A stretch of DNA of 63,998 bases, counting the filler, from Basidiobolus ranarum (taxonomy: Eukaryota), in NCBI GenBank assembly GCA_040143965.1. It is 3 parts of 3 records of this genome, joined end to end, with 100 filler letters (N's around TTAATTAATTAA, not from the genome) between each part and the next. Parts side by side here need not be neighbours in the genome. Positions count along the whole stretch, not along the records: positions 22,933 to 45,698 come from JASJQH010007054.1; positions 45,799 to 63,998 come from JASJQH010007157.1; 1 more part is not named here. One strand, written 5' to 3'. Below are positions 37,081 through 50,619 of the stretch, in pieces; the stretch's first letter is position 1; each line of letters opens with the position of its first letter. Under the pieces are notes generated by a model that saw only the letters and a list, made by a program, of their open reading frames with translations, ran no database searches and was not told where the DNA came from. The position numbers and the translations under genes are program-made.

Positions 37081-37774
37081 TCAAGAGTTAAACCCGAGTC
37101 CACCGCGACCTTTGAATTGCTGTTTGCGAAGCTTGAGTCCATTTTCGAACTGTTTTTCTAGAGCTGAGTTGACTTTCTTAGCATAATCTGCATCGATGGC
37201 TGAATTTGCGGTATCGTCTGCTGAGCTTGAGGGAAGCTTACCCAAAGAACCAAACAAACCTTTCTTCTTGCCCTCTTTTTCACCACTTTTTTTGGCACCT
37301 AGAAGTCTTAAGAATTTATCCTTACGTTCGTCGTTCGCAAAACTGGCAGCTGACCAATTGTTCCAGCTACCTTCGCTGACAGCTTCACTTGATTTCTAAG
37401 TTAAACAACCCTAGAATTAGAGCCAAATAGAAGTATGATTATATGTAAATATGTGTTACCGATGGTTTTTCATTGATCGATTCATCTTCAGAGCTAGATT
37501 CAGTAGAAGAGTTTGACTTGTGTTTCTTCTTTGATCCTTCAGTTTTTGATTTGCTCTTTTCTTTTTGTTTTTTTTTGCTCTTCTTATCCTTCTTACTTTC
37601 TACATCCTCCTCCTTTTCTTTCTTTTCCTTTTTTTTATCTTTCTTGTCCTTCTTCTCTTTCTTATCCTTCTTTTTCAGCTTTTCCTTTTTCACTTGCTCC
37701 TCTCCTGTCGTTTTTGGGCTGTCTTCCTCTTCGTGCTTTCTCTTCTTTTTTATGGTATGCTCTTTGCTTGTCAT
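37081..37774 (-). CDS. Lysine-rich nucleolar protein with a SMAP (small acidic protein) domain, 2 exons
   Basis: KKD/KKE-repeat N-terminus, then WNNWSAASFANDERKDKFLRLLGAKK...VNSALEKQFENG...GRGGLGF. Confidence 0.88.
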
Positions 37775-39185
37775 TTGTTGATTTGGCTTGCGAATTGATC
37801 GTAGTCAAAGAAGAAGTGAACTTCCAATGATCGTAGTAAATAAAAAATAAGCAGTCTTTTTTTTGAATATCAAATAGAAAATTCAAATTTTACCAAGATT
37901 TTGGATCAATAAAACAGGATTCTCTAGGCTTATTGAAACTATGTCTAATATTCCCAAAGGTCATTAAAGTTTATGTTCAGATTACTTGGTTTTTGCAGAA
38001 ACTATACACATCTTCAATACTAGTAGTAGGAAACAATTCAGAGATTATTGAGCATATATTGTACTTCTAAAAATTTAAATTTATATAAACAGCAAGCAAG
38101 TATTGAATCACCATATATGCTCCTCAACTTCCTTTTCAACTCTACTCACTGGTAACATCATATCAGAAAAGTTAGTTGAAGAGGCAGCCACGTGATACAG
38201 ATTAAATACGCGGTTAACTTAGTGATTCTAATCATAAATAAATTCATAAAATATTACACCAGAATTCCTTTAATAGGTTACGCTGAGAGTCATGTAATAG
38301 GCTGGATTGTGACCAATTGGTTACGTGGGTTGCTGCGACTAATGGCAATCTCTCATAACAGGTTCGATTGGTATACAGTTCGTATTACAGTTCAACCAAA
38401 GCATAGTAGTTACGTAAAGTATACGGTTGCGTATTGGCATGGTCAGTACTTCGCATCCTATGGCCAGTATCAATGGCCAGTATTTCACACCCAAGCCCAT
38501 GGGATGTAAGATAATTAACAGTCCAAAACCCACGATTTTGGATTTCTCTGGATTTCTCATACAATCATCAAGTTGCACCAAGTCCTAACCCTTCATTTCC
38601 TTAACTGCACAAATAGTTAGTGTTATACTAACTAATAACCCTACGAACTTATCCTGACACTTCAAGTAGTTCTCTAATATGAATAAACTTATCCATGAGA
38701 GATCCATCCCGTTTTGGGAACACCACTTCCTAAACAGTAAATAAGCCCTAACCCAATCCCAAGGTGAGTTTCCATTTATCCCATCCATCCCATCCGGCGT
38801 TCCCTGATGTAGCTATGGGTAGTTTTGTCCGAATCTATAATTACCATTGCTTTCTTACCAAGTCTTCCTTTGACTATTTTTGGCAATCATATGCTTTTGC
38901 CATTGGTTAGTGCAAGAGTAAAAATTTCCCCACGGATCAATCTGATGGATCAAGTTCATTCCCGTGCCCATGGCCAACTTTTTTAAAGCCCCAAACCCCA
39001 TATATCTAGCCAACTGAATACTTGTCTTCAGTCGACTCCATTCCTGGTGATTTCACAGCTTGCCTTTTTGTTACTTATTGGTCACACCTTGTCAAACGAA
39101 TTTTTCTACCTAAGCCAGCTTTTTCGTCTATATCATCTTTGCAGCTCACAAGCTCACTTCCTCTTTGCTTTTCTGCTAATATCTC

Positions 39186-41230
39186 ATGACCGTCATGATG
39201 CAAGAAAACAAATGGCCTGTTCAAACTCAACACTTACAACCTATGTCTCTTCCTCTTCAGCCCATTCAACACACCATGACACCAATGCATTCTCAAAACG
39301 AAAATTTCGTTGATAGTTATCAGTATTCCGACCAAACACAGCATATACCTTCCAATAATATGTACGTGTTCTTTGACAACTTCCGTACCTAGAACTTTTA
39401 GCTGAACCATTTCCTGTTTGTTATGTAGGTCCTCTCAGCAGTCTGACCAGTCTGCACCTCCAATGTTTCTTGCTCCGTTGCCTCAAAAACCTGATATGGA
39501 CCCTGTGAGGTCAGCATATCAAAGGTTAGTTGTATCTTGTTTCTGAATCGCTTGGATTTCTACTTAAGCTCTTTTGATCAATTAGTGCCAGCTACATGTC
39601 CAACATGCCTATGAATCCGTCGGCTCCTCGCCCTATGGATATGGCCAAACCCCGGTTGACAGTCCCACCTCATTTTGATCGTAAATACTCGCTGGACAGC
39701 TCTCTAGCCACCATGTCATATGGTGCTCCATCTTTCCATCCCACTCTGCGTAAGCGTAGATCCGATTCCCTTGGTTTCCCGAATGAGGCTGGACCTTATT
39801 TCACACAGACCAAGCAGCATTGTAGTTTATACAGCACGGACAAGACTAATAGGTAAGTGATCTTGCAAGCATGTTTGTTCACAGTTGTACTGATCAGTTT
39901 TAATTGCAGTTACTCCATTCGTGTTGACTCTAAATTTGACCGAGGTTTCTTCTTGGCCGATAATGATTGGACCTGCTACCGTCGTAATTATTTCCAAGTT
40001 AGCACCGCCTTCTCCCTCATTGGTTCGAACCATCCTCCTTCAGATCCCGAATGTCCATGTATCGTTGATGTAGATGGAGTTCAACACACTGTGATTCAAT
40101 TTTCATTGGGAGTTGTTGCTCGTGTCTCTAACAGCGATAAGAAAATCGACCTGATACAACACACACCAAAGAGAGATAAAGGCCCTCAAACTACACCAGC
40201 AGCCAGGCCAATCAGAGCTGGAGGAAATGTAAATCTCAGCTCTGTTGGTTCCAACCAAACTATTGTCACATTTGAACGTATTCAATTCAAGACCGCTACG
40301 GCCAATAACGGCAAAAGACGTGCTGCTCAACAATACTATGTTCTTGTAGTGGAGCTCCTGGCCGAATGTGACAACGGTGAACAGTACAGGGTTGCTTCTA
40401 CACAGTCTGCTCCATTGGTTGTTCGCGGTCGTAGTCCCGGTCATTATGCTGACAGTCACGAGCGCTTCAATCCGCTAGTCACTGGGCCCTCATCAGATAA
40501 TAGATATTTTACTCCTCATAGGATGTCCAATGATATGGGTTCTCCGTACTCGAACTTTGCTCCATATGCACCATTCCCTACGCATTCACCATCTCAGATG
40601 ATGATGACCCCACCCACTCCAAATACTGGTAATACCTTCCAAAATCCTTCGCCATACATGATGTCGGGTATGTCTGAGAGCAGCAACGCCACTCCAGAGA
40701 TGTTCTCAAATGGAATGAATTCTGCTATGAACTCCGGAATGAACTCGCCTAATGCCAATGATGTAGGATCTCAGGGCCAACTTCCTCAAGGTGCTTTACC
40801 AAGGATGAGTCAACTTCCCGTAGGCTTGAACATTCATAATGCACAACCTGAGGGAGATGACGTGTGGTCGAGATCACGCAACAACTCGGCTGCCAGTGTA
40901 GGGACGTACCATTCTGGCAATGCGTACAATACCGAAGATAGCAACGGATATCATAATCCTGGATCAATGGCCAACTCTGCCTTCAACAACTATGACAATA
41001 GTGAAAATAAGTCACAAATCAACTCGATGAACTCCGACCGTTTTAATGGCCATGACAACTTGGGTAACCAAGGCATGGGTGCTCCATATCAGACTCAGGA
41101 TTACTCGAACAATCTCCAGTGGCAAGGACATCATTCCAATGGATATTCACACGAGACCGAGCGTCAAATGCCCACTCATCCTATGCAGCCACATCACTAT
41201 TCTTACAACGCACCACATCAAGCGAAGTAA
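39186..41230 (+). CDS. NDT80/PhoG-like transcription factor, 4 exons
   Basis: KFDRGFFLADNDWTCYRRNYFQVS, LIQHTPKRDKGPQ, FERIQFKTATANNGKRRAAQQYY and VVRGRSPGHY. Confidence 0.95.
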
Positions 41231-44200
41231 ACCAAGTCAGCAATCTTGGCATACTCTTTCCCGTCTATAATTCTTTTTGGAATACTCTGTACATGATCCA
41301 CTGCATCCTTTCTATTACCTTTCAAAGCACTTCACTATACTTTATACTTCCTCAACATTCATTTACTTTCTCTTCTTGGTAGGTCCACTTTATTACTACT
41401 AAATAATCTACATCCTTCATTATGTACACTTTTTCTTTGGTCTAATAACTGGTTGTCAAGAAAGAGTTTCTCTATTTTTAATGTAATGAAATGACCACTG
41501 GAATTAGACCAAGAGAGGAACCGGTTCGTTTTTGAGTATATCATGAATTTACATGCAAGAATAAACCCAATTTTGTACAAAACAACCAGATGTAGTTTCA
41601 TCCACTTTGTTATTCTCCGACTGTCTAACCCGAAAGTTGTACCAGTTGTCTTGTAACAATTGATATAAGGAGAGGGGAATTAACTTACCACCAAACAAGC
41701 GAACATATTAGATTTCAATCGGTTACAATACGATTGAACCACCACCAACTCTTCGGTTACGAATGAGTACTATGAATTACAACATCCCTCTGATGTTATC
41801 TCCAACAGGGAAGAAATCCATTTCCAATATCAATATGAATACCCAGAGCCACATGTAACAAAATCACTTGCTTTCGAGAAATGAATCTCACACCGACGTG
41901 AGATCTTAGTTAAACTTCACACGTTTCTCGATCACAAGTGGATCCCTCCTCTAGCCATTTAAGCCAATAACCTAGCGGTAGGGTGGAGTTTGATGATTCT
42001 TGCGACCATCATTGGCCATTAATGATAAGAAACTTCGGAGAATCTTTGATAATTAACGTCTCGTAAGAATGGCACAATTCCTACAGTGATCTTTTATTCA
42101 ACTTACACGCGCATGGATTGGCTCAGGGATATTTCCGAAAAGAAACGATGGGAAGATTTGAATGACTAATTTTGGTAATATAGAGCTCACATTGGATAAA
42201 TTGTGTATGAATTTATCGATTTCCACCTACTGCCAATAGTCGCATTCGCAAGTAAATTGTGTGGGCTTCCATATAGGATGAGACAGCAGCTCTTCATTGG
42301 ACTTGGCAGCGCAAACCATTACAGCAAACCACTAGGATGGCTTCAGTATGTCATAATTCACCTTGCAGATCTTTGTGTATGGCCGTTACAGTTCCAATCA
42401 CGCACACTCTAGACAGCCTTGTTCATATGAATTTGCTTCGTGGCTATGAGACACAAAGGGTTGTTTCAACTAAGCTACCAAACTGAACACAATCGAAAGA
42501 GATTTGACACTGTCCAGTGAGCACAGGCGAATCCAGAAAGGCCATATCGACGGTACTTACCCATTCCCCGACTACCGGTCATGATATGGGTATGGGTATG
42601 TTGGATCTAACCTTAAGCTTTGTAAAATAACCATTCTAGATCGATAACCAATGAGTGCGGCATGGTCAGAGATGGGGTAGATTTATTTTTAGTTGGTGGG
42701 GTGGAGGGTGAATGGTGTCGAGCCTATATTTGTCACTGTATGCTAACATGCTTACCTTGCTTTCAGTTCTCATAGGATGTCACTACCATGTGATGATGCG
42801 GAATTGCCCCACTCTCATCGTATCTGGCATATAGCACCTCATCTGGATTCAGTTCAATGGATAACCATATCCGTTCTAGTAGTTTACCCTTGTCTCTGTC
42901 ACTGCCACTGCCACCACAAAATTCCCTCTCCTATTATCGTGATTGTCGAGCGAACTCTCGATCTTCGATTTCGTGCGCGATATTTTCGTGCTAGCAATAG
43001 GGTATCATCGGTCTGGTGTAGATTCATCTTAATCATCATTACGCCATAAATAGATGGTCAATGATTAATATGCCTATTCGTCACCATAATTAGATAGCCA
43101 ATTACTGTCTACCCATCTATTCGCTGAATTCATATATTGTTGATTCAGACTTATTCCATCCAAGCTCACTTGATTGCGGTGATGAATGGGCAGTTGACAT
43201 TCACGGTATTGAATAAATAAGAACCCACATCGAAAGATCACTCGATGACTGTATATTACGTTGGGATAAGAGTATGGGTAAGGGTAATGGAAGTGAAGGG
43301 AAGGGAGAGGATAAGGAAGGTATATCGATAGAATCCTGTTTGCTTCCCACTCCCTCGTCTTAATGGAGTAGAAGAGGTTGCTGATGGGAAAGCCTCCAAC
43401 ATCACATGTCAGGTTGAGGTGATCCACACCCTGGGGACGATGTTGCCTAGACCCGCAAACACGCAAATGTAATGATTAATAATTATAAGAGATAGATAGT
43501 AGCACCACCGAAATATATTGTTTTAAAACCTGGCTAACAACTGTACCACTACTGGTTAACCATGATCCAAGGAATGGAAAGTACTAGTAATGGTAACGGT
43601 AACGGCAACGGTAGAGGGTCGGTTGAGGATTGAGTGTCGAGGGCTGATGGCTGATGGCAAATGGAGGTCGATGCTTGTTTGACGCTTGTGCTTGATCTAA
43701 TCTGTGTGAAATGGGTGTGTTAATTGGTCAACAACTATATCCATTCTAATGCCTCACCAACCCCGAATCATCAAAATCTCTGTTTTCAGCAGTAACACAA
43801 ATAACACCGAACCTTTCCGCTTCATTGGTAAGGTTTTGCTTTGGGTTTTACTCTATCTCATGATTTGGGATTTTCTGCGAAACGGTGCACATTAAACAGC
43901 ATTTATCCACCGCATTTATCCTTTCTATCCCACTGCGTGTTTACACTCCATTACCAATTTATTCCTAATGAAGAGCCAATAGAATATCCGGAAACTACCT
44001 GTTATGCGCTTAAACCAAACGAAATTAATATGAGGCTCTGGACCCTATCAATCGCCACTATCATCCGCCATCCACACTGCTCTAATAATTAGATAAGGAC
44101 GAAGGTGAGAGTGCGAATGTGGTGCCTGGGTGTGTTAATAAGATCGACAAAATGAAATACAAACACTGATATTTTCAGAATGGAGGAATGTGTATGCACC

Positions 44201-45063
44201 AATTTGGTGGCTTTTATTCCCATTTATTCCATTTTTATCCAAATTTACTGCACATGTATCGAGGTCGTGAAAGGAAAGAGTGGGGTTGCTTGGGAATTAG
44301 TGGATGAGACTCACTCTTCGTAGCATAAAGGGTTTTATTACTTGGCTTTTATTACATTCGATTACCCGACTCTATGTCGATTGTTGTTGGTTGACACACG
44401 ATTTCGTACAACAATCAAATAAGAATGTAAGGGCACTTTAGTTTCTCTTTAAATAGCGATCTTGGAGTTTAACTGTAAATGGTGGATTACCGGCTTGTTT
44501 CTAGCAGATGTATCATTTTATTCGGTTAAATTACCCTAGCATGACTGTATAGCAGTGTGGATGAGGATGTGGAATATTCTTTATTTGACACGTAGCTTAA
44601 AGTTTTAATAAACACGATAGGTGTTATTAAAGTATGGATGGAATCCCATTGGCCCATTACCACCGAAGCTTCGGCTCCATCGGTTTAGCCGGGTAGAAGA
44701 TCCATTGGGTATTAAGGTTAGGGTGATATGTAGAGTGCAGAGGAGAGGGAACACAATGGGTAATAAGAGCATCTGCATCTGCCTATCTGCATTTAGCCTC
44801 TATCGTTAATCCAAACATTCAATTTCTAGATTCCATTGCGATCACTAGATGTGATTATCTGAATCCTGAGTTTGTGTGTTTTAAACAATTTAATCAACAA
44901 GGCTAGATTAATTTTTGTAAGAGGTCAAGGCCGATTGATATGAAAGGATAGCTCAAAGTGACTCAGCTTAGCGTACATACAGGTGAAGAGAGCTTCAGAG
45001 TTACACCGTCAAATCTGGATCCGATAAGCATGGTCCTTCTACGCAAAACAATTAGCACTTTGA

Positions 45064-45095
45064 AATATGTTACGGGCAATATGTTACGGGCAATA
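45064..45095. repeat. 14-bp tandem duplication
   Basis: AATATGTTACGGGC twice, followed by AATA. Confidence 0.85.
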
Positions 45096-45368
45096 CTTCA
45101 AACGTTGTAACTGATAAACCTATGTATCACCGATAATGTGCAATTAGCGCAACCTTAAAGCATACTAACGATTTGCTCATATTATTCAGTGAGTAGATCT
45201 GGTGAACAATATTGAGCGTGACTGAGCTAACTCTAACCCTAAGTATAGTATTAAATGAGCGTCACTAAGATTGAATGCTATCAAAGCAAGTACACTTTAA
45301 TATATCCATAGGTGAAATGCAGTAAAATAACTTTCCCCTTAACATTCACTATCGGTATTCCTTAGCTA

Positions 45369-45698
45369 TGTTGAAATTAGCGTTGCCTAAACACTAGCTT
45401 AGTATTTAGTTATCCTATATTGAACTAAGATATTACCCATTCTTCGATATCAGAATTTACTTAGAAGTTTGAAGATATATAGATTTTGATAACTTGTGCT
45501 AGAAGCCCTAAACTTTGCATACATGTTCCTGGGACCTTCCTTAATGTTGAAATTAGCATTGCCTAAGCACCTATATAGTCATATATGGCTTAGTACTTAG
45601 TTATCTTGTAATTCACTAAGATATTATCAATTATTCTCAATCGGAATTTACTTAGAATATTTTTACCAACTTAGAAGTTCTCAGATATATAGATTTTT
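45369..45698 (+). mobile_element. Two head-to-tail LTR-like repeat copies (45369-45544; 45545 to the gap)
   Basis: Both start TGTTGAAATTAGC and are homologous to the reverse complement of 56679-56887. Confidence 0.7.
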
Positions 45699-45798
45699 NN
45701 NNNNNNNNNNNNNNNNNNNNNNNNNNNNNNNNNNNNNNNNNNTTAATTAATTAANNNNNNNNNNNNNNNNNNNNNNNNNNNNNNNNNNNNNNNNNNNN
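45699..45798. other. Artificial contig linker/assembly gap
   Basis: N-run + TTAATTAATTAA + N-run, 100 nt. Confidence 0.97.
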
Positions 45799-46693
45799 CT
45801 GATAGAAACCTGTCTCCGAAGATCAATCAGGTAGAAAACTCAATTAGTCCAGAGAAAACCTACTGCTGATTGGCAGGCTCCCGATGCCCGCAGATTTTGT
45901 TTTCCAGTACTACAGAGTCGCTATTGAAGCTCAAGTCACAGCACTGCATATATGGCATGATCTATAATTTGTTAAATGTAAGCCAACTAGACACATGGCT
46001 AGTGCACAGCGCTTCCAAATTCAGAGAACTGGTGGATAATACCCAGGAGCAATGGCAATCATAAAAGGTAAGCCAAATGGTATCTTGGAATCTTATGGAA
46101 GGTGTCGGGATATCTGTCCTTTTAATATGCCTAATTTAGTTAGAAATTGATCTGAATCTGAATCTTAGCACATTTATTATTTCTACCCCGAGTTTATGGC
46201 TGGCTGCTTACTTAAGGCTACTGACATTTACCACATTCTGTGGAGCCAATCAACTTTCCGGATCGCACTTGGGTCAATTTATTTCATCGTCTCCATTTAC
46301 TCTAGGTTCAATTCAAATTTCTCTGAAATACATGTTACCAATTTTTCCAATTAAACTTGATTTGTTAACTTTCTTTCATCCTTGCTTACCTCTTGCTTAA
46401 ACACTAACTTTCTTTAAACTGTTAACTCCTATTAATACTCACTTAGAATAGACACTTGGTCTGGATTTACTATTTATTTCATTCCGTTAGTTGCTTTGAC
46501 TGTCATTGTCAAAGGTTAATAGACCTACCCTTGATTTAGCTTCCTTCGCGAATCGCTTGGCCTGTATATATTTATATATATATATATTTGTTAGTCACAA
46601 TTTTGATTTCTGTAAGCCGTTTTGAGAACTTCATACCAAAGTTTTCAAGGAACTCAAGTCCTCAGAGATATTGGTTCGTTCAATCGAAGCTTG

Positions 46694-49600
46694 ATGACGG
46701 TCCAACCTTTTCCGCCCTCAACTGAAAGAAGACAATCAGTTGCCTTCAAGAATCGGTACAGCCAAGGCCATCGAGATACCATGGTATTGTCTTCTGACGC
46801 TGAAGGCTCACTGATTAATTATGTTGGCCATACGCAAGACAATAATAATACCCAATCTTGGGATTCACTTTTGAATCAAGTTATCTTATCTGTTCTAAAT
46901 CTAGAGAAGTCCAGTGGTCTTCAACAGGCTCGTAAAGTTCACGCCAGTATCTATAACTTATTAAACGCAACCGATTTACTTTACTGGAACTCACCGGCTT
47001 TTAAGATTGGTGGACTGGTTGGAGTCTTACATCAACTAGTAGGAGAAATCAACTGGCTTATTGTGGTTTGTAAACTCCTCGAAAGTCCTTGGCCACCTAA
47101 AAACTTCACTCCAACTCTAAGGGCACTATCTAACAACTTCCTACAAACGTTAAGAGACTTTGCTCTTAAAGCCAAGGAAAATGAAGTGGAGGTTAGGCCA
47201 CCCCACGTAGCACATCCCTTCTATCAATTGAACAATAATTCCAGTGACTCTATCTTCAGACGACAAGTGGATCTTCAGCCCGCAAACTACGATGAATCTA
47301 GCTTTATCCATCTCTTCCATCAATTTTCCCAGGGTTTGCTTTCGGAAGTGGTAAAAGTTCAAGATATAGATATCACCAGTCCGGAAGAACTCGTGAATGG
47401 AATATTGCTATGTATTGATTCATTTGGGGTACTATTGTGCTTGATCGAATCACTTAACTTGGTGAGATCTTGTGATCCCCTATTGTCAGAGATATCGGAG
47501 GAGGCGTTTGCTGCACATCATAACTTTATTCAAAAGAGCATTGCGTTATACGCGGATGTTAATGAACTCATCACCAGTGCCAGAGCAATCTTATTTAGTT
47601 TTGTGCAAGATGACAGTGGATTAAGCTTATATGAATATACTTCGAATGCGACTAACTCAACACAAGAGACGATCCATGCTGTGTGCCATGTATTGGCATT
47701 TCAGGAGATCATTAGAACAGTCAATCTATTCGAAACACGAGACTATTCAATAGAGAGCGAGTTCGATCTATTCAGACGTAGAGTTACGGATCTGAAGGAC
47801 TTTCGTGAAAAGAATGACTTTTTGTCTAGCAGTTCCGACTCAGAATCCGATCACCCGAAAGAGATTGATCGTGAAAAGTTGTCAATTGAAGATGACGTTA
47901 AAGAGATCAGTGCGCGAACATCCTTTTCCTCTACCAGCTCCATGTGGAGCTGTAACACCCAAGAGGAGACCGAGGATAATATTAAAGACGAACCGGATAC
48001 ACCGGTTAATGATTTGGCACGTTTACTAGAGGAGAAGGTTCGTCTATCCTCGTCTTCTGAGATATCTGAATCCAGTTTCCAAGTAACCGATAGCAAACAA
48101 ACAAATGACGAAATTAGAAATAACCAGGATGCTAAGACGTTGACTTTGGATGGACCAGTTGGGAGTGCTTCGAAATTAAATAAGAGTGTACATGATTCAC
48201 TTAAATCCAAAGTCAGAAAGAGATCTGTGTTTGACCTGACTAGAACAAATAGCTATAAAGATGGTTCTCCCACTAGCGTTGCAGCCAAACTAAGCTTGGC
48301 CTTGGGATTCAGTACATCAAGAAGGCCCTCACTCCCTGCTGTACTCCCATCTAATGCTTCGTCTGATGGAGAGAAGCCAATTAAAAAAGGTATGTACAAA
48401 TAGTGCTCAGAGAGGATGGATATTACTAGTCTCTGGTTTACTGATAAGAAACCAATAGGCTTTTTCCGTAAGAAATCATCGATTGATCAACCATCAGAAA
48501 GGAGAAGTCAACTTAATAACATCGTGGAAGAAAGAGGAGGTCTGATTGAGGTAGCTTTGATTACACTGGGCAATATTCCTTTGAAAGCAACTTAGTTGAC
48601 GTTGATTTGATTTCTTTTGCTGTTGACCTAGAACAAAAATGAAGAATGGTACTTGGACTATGACTACGACCCAGCGGATGTAGCGTTCAATTCTGAAGGT
48701 CAACTTATCGGCGGTACAATTGAGGCTTTGGTTGAACGCTTGACATTGCACGATACCACAATCGGTACACTCCAAATGCTACAAATAAGATTGATCATGG
48801 AAATACATACTAACATTCCTGCAAATTCCACAGACTCCGATTTCGTCAATGTTTTCTTACTCACCTTTCGAAACTTCTCTACGCCCGAAGTTTTTTGTAA
48901 TCTTTTGTTGGCTAGGTTTAATATCCAAGTACCTGACGGGTTATCAGAAAGCGAGCATAAAAATTGGAAATTAAAGAAGCTAACCCCTATTCGGCTAAGG
49001 TAAGTTTGTCACCAGCGAATACTTGTTAAATGGACTCATTTTTACACTGCATTCTTTAACCACTGAGTCCGATTTGTACAGAGTACATAATATACTGAAA
49101 ACTTGGCTCGAGTCCTACTTTTATGATGATGAGGATTATGAGTGCCTACAGCCTATGCTTTCCCTTGCTGAAGGGGATATGAAAGAGATGATGGCTAGTT
49201 CTGCTGAGCGTTTAGCCAATATTGTCAAGCAAAAGGTACTACATATTTAGTATTTAGGGTGCTCACATATTTTTATTGACATGGTATATTCCTTTATTTT
49301 ACTAGATGGAAGCTTTGCAGCAAGAATGTCCAGAGGATACCAAGCCTTCTTCATTACGCCTGGGCACCTCGAAGTCAGTGGATCGACTGATGGCTGCTGC
49401 CATGGCTCTTGTGCCTGACACACCGCCACCACCATCAATTCTCTCCAAAGCTGTACTAGACTCTCTGGCGGATGGAGAAAGAATCAACATCATTGATATT
49501 GAGCCTTTAGAGGTTGCCCGTCAATTAACCATTGTAGACAGTAAACTCTTTCGGGCTATTCGTCCCCATGAATTAATTGGCCAAGAGTTCTCCAAAAAAG

Positions 49601-50619
49601 AAGAGAGTCAGTCTGTTAATGTTCGAATGATGTCTAAGATTAGCACTCAAGTAAGTGCCCGTCATTATAGTGCGACATATCTACTATCATAGTATTCAGC
49701 TTTAACCGCTCCATCTAGATCACAGAATGGGTTGCTCACACAATCTTGCAAGAGGAAGATATTCGCAAACGATCATCCGTGTTAAAGCACTTCATCATGA
49801 TTGCTGAGGTAGGGCGACACTTTCTTGTTAAATATAAACGGAGGAATAACACCTGTTGATCCAACTTTTAGAAATGCTACACTCTTAATAATTTCAACAC
49901 ATTGATGGCTATTATGTGCGGGCTCAACTCCTCGATGATTGCCAGACTTAAGAAAACATGGAGCGTAAGTTCCTTAATACACAGCGTTATCAACTAAACA
50001 TCTTATTTACAGTGATTGTCACAAATAGCTCCTACCTGGGAAACATGAAACTTTGACGGAAAATCTTCGACGAATTACCGACCATTCACGGAATTACTCA
50101 GAATACCGCAAGCAGCTGAAAGAGAGCTCGCTCCCATGCTTACCTTTCTTAGGTTACTACCCCTTCATCTCTCTACTTTGAACGGACTTATCTAACGTCG
50201 TGAAATTTTGAATAGGAATTTACTTAACTGACTTGACATTCACTGACGATGGCAATCGTTCATTTCGGCGAACTAATCAAGTTATCAATTTCAGCAAGCA
50301 TGTAAAAACAGTTCGAATCATTCAAGAGATTCAGCAATTTCAAGTTCCGTATAATTTGGTAGACGTTGCAGAATTACAGGAATGGTTGAGTAAAGATATT
50401 GAAGCTTGCTCTGGATGGGATCCAAATGAACTATACGAATTAAGTTTACAACGAGAGCCAAGACAGGATTCAGGAACAGCACCAGGTCTTCGTAGGACCA
50501 ATTCATTTTGTGACAATACGACACCCCAAAGCGCCCCGCCGTCACCCTCCATAGTACCATTATCCATGCCTGCATCTCCTCTGGCCAACTCGAGTATCAC
50601 TAAAGACCAATCCAACTAA
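46694..50619 (+). CDS. Ras guanine nucleotide exchange factor (REM + CDC25 domains), multi-exon; start codon uncertain
   Basis: GQLIGGTIEALVERLT, FLLTFRNFSTPE, PIRLRVHNILKTWLE, IEPLEVARQLT, LNNFNTLMAIMCGLNSSMIARLKKTW, PCLPFLGIYLTDLTFTDDGN and INFSK. Confidence 0.93.

Noticed and set aside
37473-37830. Phe/Leu/Ser-rich plus-strand ORFs
   Set aside because: Antisense of the lysine-rich SMAP gene.
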